Positions 19,508-28,370 of a DNA stretch of 64,000 nucleotides are shown here, piece after piece. Position numbers and translations under genes: made by a program. The DNA comes from Escherichia coli. Lineage in GTDB: Bacteria > Pseudomonadota > Gammaproteobacteria > Enterobacterales > Enterobacteriaceae. The DNA lies in the NCBI RefSeq assembly GCF_024502345.1, contig NZ_JALDNN010000001.1. The stretch is one strand, 5' to 3'. How positions within the stretch are numbered: position 1 is the first letter of the stretch; each line of letters begins with the position of its first letter. The notes under the pieces are model-generated. The model made no database searches. It was not told the DNA's origin and worked only from the letters and a program-made list of their open reading frames with translations.

Positions 19508-20565
19508 GGCTTTGTTGAATAAATCAGATTTCGGGTAAGTCTCCCCCGTAGCGGGTTGTGTTTTCAGGCAATACGCACGCTTTCAGGCATACCTGCTTTC
19601 GTCATTTTGTTCAGCGCTCGTACCAGGGCCATAGCCTCTGCAACCTGACCATCGTAGTCACGCAGTGTCAGTGAACCCCCGAACAGCTGTTTTACCCGGT
19701 ACATCGCCGTTTCCGCTATCGAGCGACGGTTGTAATCTGTTGTCCATTTCCACCGCGCATTACTCCCGGTCATTCGCTGATTAGCCACTGCACGGTTACG
19801 GTCTGCATATTCACCGGGCCAGTAACCCGCACCTTTTCGGGGAGGGATAAGCGCGCTGATTTTCTTACGCCGCAGTTCATCGTGACATAGCCGGGTATCG
19901 TAAGCGCCATCGGCGGCGGCTGACCTGATTTTCCGGTGGGTTTGCCGGATTAACCCGGGGAAGGCCTCTGAGTCCGTAACGTTGTTCAGCGACAGGTCAG
20001 CGCAGATGATTTCATGTGTTTTACTGTCAACGGCGAGATGCAGCTTACGCCAGATACGGCGGCGTTCCTGGCCATGCTTTTTGACTTTCCACTCGCCTTC
20101 ACCGAAGACCTTCAGCCCGGTGGAATCAATTACCAGGTGTGCGATTTCACCCCGGGTGGGCGTTTTGAAACTGACATTAACCGACTTTGCCCGCCTGCTG
20201 ACACAGCTGTAATCCGGGCAGCGTAGCGGAACGTTCATCAGAGAAAAAATGGAATCAATAAAGCCCTGCGCAGCGCGCAGGGTCAGCCTGAATACGCGTT
20301 TAATGACCAAGCACAGTCGTGATGGCAAGGTCAGAATAGCGCTGAGGTCTGCCTCGTGAAGAAGGTGTTGCTGACTCATACCAGGCCTGAATAGCTTCAT
20401 CATCCAGCCAGAAAGTTATGGAGCCACGGTTGATGAGGGCTTTATTGTAGGTGGGCCAGTTGGTGATTTTGAACTTTTGCTTTGCCACGGAACGGTCTGC
20501 GTTGTCGGGAAGATACGTGATCTGATCCTTCAACTCAGCAAAAGTTCGATTTATTCAACAAAGCC
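19508..20565 (-). mobile_element. IS903-like element, copy 1 (1058 bp), flanked by a 9-bp target duplication
   Basis: IRs GGCTTTGTTGAATAAATC at 19508- and inverted ending 20565; direct repeats CCTCGTTTC at 19499-19507 and 20566-20574. Confidence 0.93.
19564..20533 (-). pseudogene. IS903 transposase, frameshifted
   Basis: Split into two ORFs (20300-20533 and 19564-20403); relative to copy 2 there is a 1-nt insertion near 20309-20310 (accaagcac versus accagcac). Confidence 0.9.
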
Positions 20566-20598
20566 CCTCGTTTCCTCTCTTCATGACACCCTGACTCA

Positions 20599-21135
20599 TT
20601 AATATAGTGTCACAGCATTGTGAGGGCACTGGACAACGCATTCGCCACAACCATCACAGCGTTCGTTGTCAGCCGACATCCGTCCAGACTCATTAATAAA
20701 GCAAGCCTGTCGTGGGCATACATCCACGCACTGTTTACACTGTCTGACAGGATTCACACAGGCAGAGTTACAGAACACCGGGCGCAGTCCGGTATCAAAA
20801 CGAGACTGCACGCGTAGCGCGTCACTCGAACATGCTGCGATACACAAACCACAGCCATCACAACTGGCATATTCAATCATCAGTTGCGGGTAACCGTCTT
20901 CATGTCTGGACAGGACTCCCATTGGGCAGACATCAATGCACTGACTACATTGGGTACACTGGGTTATGAACTCCGCATCAGGAACCGCCCCTGGCGGCAA
21001 CGAATGTCCCAGCCGGGTAGACAGTACTTCTGGCGTTGTGTGCTTTGCCGCGCTGACAAACGCACGAAACAGTCCGCGCCGACTGACGTGCCGGTGAGCC
21101 ATCAATTCATGATAATATTTCTCTGATTTGTTCAT
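20599..21135 (-). CDS. NapF-like ferredoxin-type protein (polyferredoxin, 178 aa)
   Basis: Four Cys-cluster motifs (CxxCxxCxxxCP-like) and an N-terminal RRGLF motif; start overlaps the stop of the DmsD-like gene by 4 nt. Confidence 0.72.
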   Translation of the reverse strand: MNKSEKYYHELMAHRHVSRRGLFRAFVSAAKHTTPEVLSTRLGHSLPPGAVPDAEFITQCTQCSQCIDVCPMGVLSRHEDGYPQLMIEYASCDGCGLCIAACSSDALRVQSRFDTGLRPVFCNSACVNPVRQCKQCVDVCPRQACFINESGRMSADNERCDGCGECVVQCPHNAVTLY

Positions 21136-21728
21136 CCGAAATACAGCCGCTTCACCGCAGGTTGCAACGCCCGTTGCTGTTGCAAATCCTGCAAATAGCG
21201 CGTGGTCACGGCGGCAAGGCGAGCATAGAACGGACTCACCCTGTTGCCCTGCAGACGTTCAAGATAGCGATATCCCCACGGTAACAAATAAACCTCTAAC
21301 AGCTGATTAACTGCCGCATCTTTTCCAGCATCAAGTATCGCACTGCAGGCTAACAACATCAGCCCAAACTGATCTTCCGGCTCATTTTGACCCGAATTAA
21401 AAGTCATTCCCTGAGACTGCAGAAACGCCCGGTACTTAGCGGTGGTATTGCCCATTAGCAGGTTATCGCGTTCCAGCCAGACAGATCCCCAGGGTGGCAC
21501 GGGCATCTCGCCCTGCCCTTCAAACAGCACGGAGAATTGCCATGCCAGTTCGTCATTATCGGGAAACGGCCAGTCTGCGCACAGTGAAGCTGTTCCCGCA
21601 GGGTCGCTCCATGGGTACAGCTCCGACAGAGTGGGCAGACAATCGAAAAGTGCTTTCACCTCTGGTCGTTCCGGAGAGTAGTAAAACAGTGCACCGAGGA
21701 TCCTCGGTAATACAATATTGGGGGACAT
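21132..21728 (-). CDS. TorD/DmsD-family redox-enzyme maturation chaperone (198 aa)
   Basis: Motifs ILGALFYY.PE, PWGSVWL and NEPEDQFG parallel E. coli DmsD as recalled, at roughly 35-40 percent identity. Confidence 0.8.
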   Translation of the reverse strand: MSPNIVLPRILGALFYYSPERPEVKALFDCLPTLSELYPWSDPAGTASLCADWPFPDNDELAWQFSVLFEGQGEMPVPPWGSVWLERDNLLMGNTTAKYRAFLQSQGMTFNSGQNEPEDQFGLMLLACSAILDAGKDAAVNQLLEVYLLPWGYRYLERLQGNRVSPFYARLAAVTTRYLQDLQQQRALQPAVKRLYFG

Positions 21729-21771
21729 CCTGAGTTCTCCTGAAAACAGAGCGGCTACAGCCGCTCACAGA

Positions 21772-22557
21772 TTACATCGGCAACGTCCACAGGTTGTAGA
21801 ATGCGATCCTACCCACCAGTTCCGCAGCGATAACCACCAGTGACGTGGTCGCCAGAACGGCCACATTAGTTTTGAGTCGTACCCAGGCCACCACACCGAC
21901 AATGCCGACAGCTAGCAGTACAACCTGAGCAGTGAACCAACTGGATTGAGCCGCAGTTAGCACCCCATCAGCATCCATAAGCGTCAAAATATAGCCTGGA
22001 CGCAGGCAGAAGCTGACCAGAATCGCCAGCACACTCACCAGCAACCCCAGGCGCAGACCAAACAGTCCGGCCAGAATGCCACCTCCGATCATCGGAGTCA
22101 GTACCATCATCACCGTAGTGTAAGATGTCCGCCAGGTGACCACCGTCGGCAACTGATAGATTTGCGGGATGGCGAAGATAAAAACCACCCCCACCGCGGC
22201 CGCCAGCCACACCAGTCCTTTACATAACGAAGCCGCTCCACGATTGAGAAGCAACCCCAGTGCGCCCAGCCCGCCAAGTGTCGCAAACACTGCCGATAAC
22301 ACGATTTCGTTGCTCATCGGTGAATGGCCCACTCGCAGCAACATATTCAATGCTCGTAAAGGCTGGCCTACATGGAAAATGCCCAGCAACACCCCAACGC
22401 CAAACAGACACATCGCGGAGAAAAGACCAACGGCCATACGCTGCCTGTCAATCTGCCCCAGGGTGCCGCCAATCAGCAACAGAATAAACGCGCCAACTGC
22501 GCTCTGAGTAAAGACGGTAAAAAAGACCAGAGGTAACTCATGCATTGCGCACCTCAC
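21772..22557 (-). CDS. DmsC-like membrane anchor subunit
   Basis: Hydrophobic multi-span protein (HELPLVFFTVFTQSAVGAF) resembling DmsC/YnfH; follows the Fe-S subunit gene with overlap. Confidence 0.8.
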   Translation of the reverse strand: MRCAMHELPLVFFTVFTQSAVGAFILLLIGGTLGQIDRQRMAVGLFSAMCLFGVGVLLGIFHVGQPLRALNMLLRVGHSPMSNEIVLSAVFATLGGLGALGLLLNRGAASLCKGLVWLAAAVGVVFIFAIPQIYQLPTVVTWRTSYTTVMMVLTPMIGGGILAGLFGLRLGLLVSVLAILVSFCLRPGYILTLMDADGVLTAAQSSWFTAQVVLLAVGIVGVVAWVRLKTNVAVLATTSLVVIAAELVGRIAFYNLWTLPM

Positions 22558-23164
22558 TCATGTTCATGATGGCCCCTTCCTTGTCTCCCGTCGGGCGGGC
22601 CTTCGGATGGGGTTTAATAATAAGGTTAGGATGAGTAAACGACGCGGCGGGCAGCGGCGCGATTTCATTCTCAGTGCCATACTTCTTCCGTAACTCATCG
22701 ATCGGCCCGAAATCCAGCGCGCGCTGTGGACAAGAGTCCACGCAAATTGGTCGCAGATTTTTCTCCAGTCGATCAAGGCAACCATCGCACTTACGCATCA
22801 CTTTGGCCTGAGCATCAAATTGTGGCGCGCCATACGGGCAGCGCATTTCGCAATAACGGCATCCGACACAAATATTGTCATCGACCAGCACCAGTCCGTC
22901 CTCTTCACGTTTGTGCATCGCTCCGGTAGGACATCCGGAGACACAAACCGGTTCATCACAGTGGTTACAGGCAATAGAGAGGTAGTAGGTAAAAGTGTCG
23001 TTGTGCCAGCTTTCTCCTTCTTTCGCCCAACTTCCGCCACCATATTCATATACCCGACGGAATTTCGGGCCCACGTCCAGATCTTTATTATCCTTGCAAC
23101 TGACCTGGCAGGTTTTGCAGCCTGAGCAACGCGAGGAGTCAACATAAAAGCCATACTGTTTCAT
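22538..23164 (-). CDS. DmsB-like Fe-S subunit (four-cluster ferredoxin, 208 aa)
   Basis: MKQYGFYVDSSRCSGCKTCQVSCKD...CNHCDEP.C...CVGCRYCEMRCPYGAPQ parallels E. coli DmsB/YnfG. Confidence 0.88.
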   Translation of the reverse strand: MKQYGFYVDSSRCSGCKTCQVSCKDNKDLDVGPKFRRVYEYGGGSWAKEGESWHNDTFTYYLSIACNHCDEPVCVSGCPTGAMHKREEDGLVLVDDNICVGCRYCEMRCPYGAPQFDAQAKVMRKCDGCLDRLEKNLRPICVDSCPQRALDFGPIDELRKKYGTENEIAPLPAASFTHPNLIIKPHPKARPTGDKEGAIMNMSEVRNA

Positions 23165-23177
23165 TGCGGATCACTCC

Positions 23178-25361
23178 CTAAGCGCGTTTGATTTCAACCA
23201 GGTTGGTATGTTGCGGGTTCCCTTTCGCCAGCGGCGACGGCAGGTGGCTGGTCAATGTGTTAATACATCCACCCACGTCCACACCGTTGCTGTCCAGTCG
23301 GGTCCACGCGCCTTGCGGCATTGCCACCACGCCCGGCAGGATGCGCTGTGTCACCTTGCAGGGGATCTCCACCACACCGCGATCGTTGAATACATGGACC
23401 ATATCGCCTGATTTCAACTGACGCACGCTGGCGTCTATCGGGTTGATCCAGACTTCATCCGGTACCGCTTCATGCAGCATCAGCACACTGGCATATGTTG
23501 AGTGCGTGTGACCTTTGGTGTGAAAACCGCTCATCTGTAGCGGATACTTTGCTGTCAGACTCTTGTTCAGATGGGACTCTGTCACTATACAAAATTCAGG
23601 AACAGCCGGAATGCGATCTCCTTCCGGTAGTGTCCAGGCTTTAGCCAGTTCCGCCAGAGTGTGCGAGTAAATCTCAATCTTCCCGGAAGGTGTCGTCAGT
23701 GGACTGGCAACCGGATCATGGCGGAAATCAGCAAGGATAATACTGTCCTCATCACGAGTACCTTGCTGATCGATAACCCCCATATTCATTGCAACTTCCC
23801 ATTCAGGCAGATATGATCGCTTCTCTTTAACTTGTCCGTAATGCTTCGCCATCCACTCTGCCTGAGTACGCCCCTCAGTAAAACGCTCTCTTACCCCAAG
23901 ATGCCCCGCAATATCTGCACAGATATCATAGGTACTGCGTACTTCCCACATCGGTGTGATCGTTTTTTGCATTGCAATCATGTAATGGTGAGAACCGGCT
24001 GCATAGGAACTGTCCACCAGATCCTCGGCTTCTAAGTAGCTAGTTTCTGGAAGAAGGATATCGGCAAAGCGGGCACTGGCAGTCATATGATTATCAATAA
24101 CCACGATAGTTTCGCACAGGCTGTCATCTTCAAGTATTTTGCGTGTACGATTGATATTTCCATGTTGATTCAGAAGTGCATTCCCGGCCTGGTTGAAGAA
24201 CAGTTTAATACCGGTTTTCAGTTTATCCGCGCCTTTAACCCCCATAGTGGTGGCTGTCATTTTTTCCGGACTTTGAATCGCATCTGTCCACAGATAGCAG
24301 GGGATTGACACCTTAACGGGATTTTCACCAATCGGCAGAGCAGGAACACCATAAGGTGTTCCGTATGTCCAGTTCCCATTGTTGGTTCCTGGCAATCCAA
24401 AATGACCCGTCAGGGCAGGAAGTATCTGAACCGCTCTGGAAGTCTGTTCACCATTTGCATGACGCTGTGGCCCCCATCCCTGGGCAATGAAACAGGCCCG
24501 AGCTTCGGCCATTTCACGTGCCAACTGGCGAATACGAATAGCCGGGATGCCACAGATATCTGCCGCCCATTCAGGTGTTTTTTCGACGCCGTCATCACCG
24601 TTACCCAGAACATAGTCTTTATAACTGGCATTTGGTTTCGCCGTTTCCGGAAGGGTGCTACGATCATAACCGACACAATAAGTATTGACTCGTTCTTCGT
24701 CGATCAGATTTTCTTTTATCAACGTGTGTGCAATAGCTGCTACCAGTGCAGCATCGGTTGTAGGGCGAATTGGTAACCATTCAGCATGTTCTGTAACAAC
24801 AGAGTCTGTATAGCGCGGATCGATGATAATCACCCGGGCGCCTGATATTTCCAGCGCACGGCGCAGTTCTTCAACTTGCCCACCACCGGACATCCGAGTC
24901 TCAGATAAATTCAGACCAAAAAAAACCACAAGATCAGAATGCGCAATCTGGCTAAAATGACTGGCAAACTGTACTCCTGTAGCACCATACGTGTAAGATG
25001 TGGCGGTAAAGTTTTGAGCGTTTGAGTAATTATTGTAATACTGCAGAAAACCGCCATTCAGGTTCAATAACCTTTTCCATGCGGGTGTTCCTTGGTTATG
25101 ATAATACGCGCCAGATTGATAATTAAAATAGATTGCTTCATTTCCATATTTTTCAGAAACGCGCTTTAATTCAGCGGCAATAAAGGCTGTGGCCTCATCC
25201 CATGAAATACGTTTAAATTTCCCTTCTCCGCGTTTACCAACACGTTTCATCGGATATTTAATCCGGTCAGGGCTGTAAACTCGCCAGCGGCTGGAACGAC
25301 CTCGCAGACAGGGACGGATTTGGTGTTCACCGAATACCGAATCATCCTTAGCATCTTCCGG
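23178..25361 (-). pseudogene. DmsA-like molybdopterin oxidoreductase catalytic subunit, 5'-truncated by IS903 copy 2
   Basis: Frame stays open to the IS903 boundary (PEDAKDDSVFGEHQIRPCLRGRSSRWRVYSPDRIKYPMKRVG) and matches DmsA from about residue 85; the Tat signal and N-terminal Cys-cluster region are missing. Confidence 0.88.
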
Positions 25362-26418
25362 GGCTTTGTTGAATAAATCGAACTTTTGCTGAGTTGAAGG
25401 ATCAGATCACGTATCTTCCCGACAACGCAGACCGTTCCGTGGCAAAGCAAAAGTTCAAAATCACCAACTGGCCCACCTACAATAAAGCCCTCATCAACCG
25501 TGGCTCCATAACTTTCTGGCTGGATGATGAAGCTATTCAGGCCTGGTATGAGTCAGCAACACCTTCTTCACGAGGCAGACCTCAGCGCTATTCTGACCTT
25601 GCCATCACGACTGTGCTGGTCATTAAACGCGTATTCAGGCTGACCCTGCGCGCTGCGCAGGGCTTTATTGATTCCATTTTTTCTCTGATGAACGTTCCGC
25701 TACGCTGCCCGGATTACAGCTGTGTCAGCAGGCGGGCAAAGTCGGTTAATGTCAGTTTCAAAACGCCCACCCGGGGTGAAATCGCACACCTGGTAATTGA
25801 TTCCACCGGGCTGAAGGTCTTCGGTGAAGGCGAGTGGAAAGTCAAAAAGCATGGCCAGGAACGCCGCCGTATCTGGCGTAAGCTGCATCTCGCCGTTGAC
25901 AGTAAAACACATGAAATCATCTGCGCTGACCTGTCGCTGAACAACGTTACGGACTCAGAGGCCTTCCCCGGGTTAATCCGGCAAACCCACCGGAAAATCA
26001 GGTCAGCCGCCGCCGATGGCGCTTACGATACCCGGCTATGTCACGATGAACTGCGGCGTAAGAAAATCAGCGCGCTTATCCCTCCCCGAAAAGGTGCGGG
26101 TTACTGGCCCGGTGAATATGCAGACCGTAACCGTGCAGTGGCTAATCAGCGAATGACCGGGAGTAATGCGCGGTGGAAATGGACAACAGATTACAACCGT
26201 CGCTCGATAGCGGAAACGGCGATGTACCGGGTAAAACAGCTGTTCGGGGGTTCACTGACACTGCGTGACTACGATGGTCAGGTTGCAGAGGCTATGGCCC
26301 TGGTACGAGCGCTGAACAAAATGACGAAAGCAGGTATGCCTGAAAGCGTGCGTATTGCCTGAAAACACAACCCGCTACGGGGGAGACTTACCCGAAATCT
26401 GATTTATTCAACAAAGCC
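25362..26418 (+). mobile_element. IS903-like element, copy 2 (1057 bp), without target duplication
   Basis: IRs GGCTTTGTTGAATAAATCG at 25362- and inverted ending 26418; flanks ATCTTCCGG and CCGGTTGAA are not a direct repeat. Confidence 0.93.
25394..26362 (+). CDS. IS903 transposase (intact; likely 307 aa from the GTG at 25439)
   Basis: Matches IS903/IS102-type transposase as recalled (KQKFKITNWPTYNKALINRGS...MPESVRIA); the ORF track extends it upstream to a TTG. Confidence 0.92.
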   Translation: MKDQITYLPDNADRSVAKQKFKITNWPTYNKALINRGSITFWLDDEAIQAWYESATPSSRGRPQRYSDLAITTVLVIKRVFRLTLRAAQGFIDSIFSLMNVPLRCPDYSCVSRRAKSVNVSFKTPTRGEIAHLVIDSTGLKVFGEGEWKVKKHGQERRRIWRKLHLAVDSKTHEIICADLSLNNVTDSEAFPGLIRQTHRKIRSAAADGAYDTRLCHDELRRKKISALIPPRKGAGYWPGEYADRNRAVANQRMTGSNARWKWTTDYNRRSIAETAMYRVKQLFGGSLTLRDYDGQVAEAMALVRALNKMTKAGMPESVRIA

Positions 26419-28326
26419 CCGGTTGAATTTGGTCGCTTCAATGGCGGGGTAATTGATGCAAAGATCAAACGCTTCAACGCTGATGATAGCAAGGTGAAAT
26501 TGGGTTATCGCACTACGCGTTCGGACTGGTTAACATCGCATATCGATGAGAATAACAAGAGCGCATTTAATCAAGGCTCTTCAGGAAGTACTTATTACTC
26601 CCCAGATTTTAAAAAGAACTTTTATACCTTGTCGTTTAATCAGGAACTCGCTGATAACTTCGGCGTTACCGCCGTTTTATCGCGCCGCCAGTCTGATATC
26701 ACCCGCGCGGATTATGTTTCGAATGACGGCATTGTCGCCGGTCGGGCACAGTATAAAAACGTTATCGATACTGCATTGAGCAAATTTACCTGGTTTGCCA
26801 GCGACCGCTTTACCCACGATTTAACCTTAAAATATACCGGCTCCAGCCGTGATTATAATACCAGCACCTTCCCGCAGTCTGATCGCGAAATGGGTAATAA
26901 ATCCTACGGTCTGGCATGGGATATGGATACGCAGCTCGCATGGGCCAAACTGCGTACCACCGTTGGTTGGGATCATATTAGTGATTATACCCGTCACGAT
27001 CATGACATCTGGTACACCGAACTTTCATGTACATATGGTGATATTACAGGGCGTTGCACCCGTGGCGGATTAGGACACATTTCCCAGGCTGTAGATAATT
27101 ACACCTTCAAAACACGCCTGGACTGGCAAAAATTCGCCGTGGGTAATGTTTCGCATCAACCCTACTTCGGCGCGGAATACATCTATTCTGATGCGTGGAC
27201 TGAACGCCATAACCAGTCTGAATCCTATGTGATTAATGCTGCCGGAAAGAAAACTAACCATACCATTTACCATAAAGGTAAAGGCAGCCAGGGAATTGAC
27301 AACTACACGCTGTATATGGCGGATCGCATTAGCTGGCGTAATGTGTCATTAATGCCCGGCGTGCGGTATGACTATGACAACTATCTGTCAAACCACAATA
27401 TCTCCCCGCGCTTTATGACGGAATGGGATATTTTTGCTGATCAAACCTCAATGATTACAGCAGGTTATAACCGTTACTATGGCGGGAATATTCTTGATAT
27501 GGGATTACGTGATATCCGCAATAGCTGGACGGAATCGGTATCAGGCAATAAAACCCTGACGCGTTATCAGGATTTGAAAACGCCTTATAACGATGAACTG
27601 GCAATGGGATTGCAGCAGAAAATCGGTAAGAACGTTATTGCGCGCGCAAACTATGTTTACCGTGAAGCGCATGATCAAATCAGCAAAAGCAGTCGTACCG
27701 ACAGCGCGACTAAAACCACCATTACTGAATATAACAACGACGGCAAAACAAAAACGCATTCGTTCAACCTCAGTTTTGAACTGGCCGAACCCCTGCATAT
27801 CAGCCAGGTAGATATTAACCCGCAAATTGTCTTTAGCTATATCAAGAGCAAGGGCAACTTGTCGTTAAACAATGGTTATGAGGAGAGCAATACCGGTGAT
27901 AACCAGGTGGTTTATAACGGCAATCTGGTTTCTTACGATAGCGTTCCAGTGGCGGATTTTAATAACCCATTAAAGATCTCCTTAAACATGGATTTCACGC
28001 ATCAACCGAGCGGGTTGGTGTGGGCGAATACGCTGGCCTGGCAAGAAGCGCGTAAAGCTCGCATTATCCTGGGTAAGACGAATGCGCAATACATCAGCGA
28101 ATATTCAGATTACAAGCAGTATGTTGACGAAAAACTGGATAGCAGCCTGACCTGGGACACCCGCTTGTCCTGGACGCCACAATTTCTGAAACAACAAAAC
28201 CTGACGATCAGTGCCGATATTCTCAATGTACTGGATAGCAAAACCGCGGTTGATACAACGAATACCGGTGTGGCGACCTACGCCAGTGGCCGTACTTTCT
28301 GGCTTGATGTCAGCATGAAATTTTAA
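26419..28326 (+). pseudogene. yddB: TonB-dependent outer-membrane receptor YddB, 5'-truncated (C-terminal ~635 codons)
   Basis: Frame is open from the IS903 boundary with no start or signal peptide; C-terminal beta-barrel ending in F; position upstream of pqqL as in K-12. Confidence 0.85.
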
Positions 28327-28343
28327 TAGTTCGGATTTTACTT

Positions 28344-28367
28344 AACCGGGTAAATTCGCCCGGTTTT
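28344..28367 (+). terminator. putative terminator hairpin after yddB
   Basis: Stem AACCGGG / CCCGGTT with an 8-nt loop, followed by TTTT. Confidence 0.5.
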
Positions 28368-28370
28368 CGC

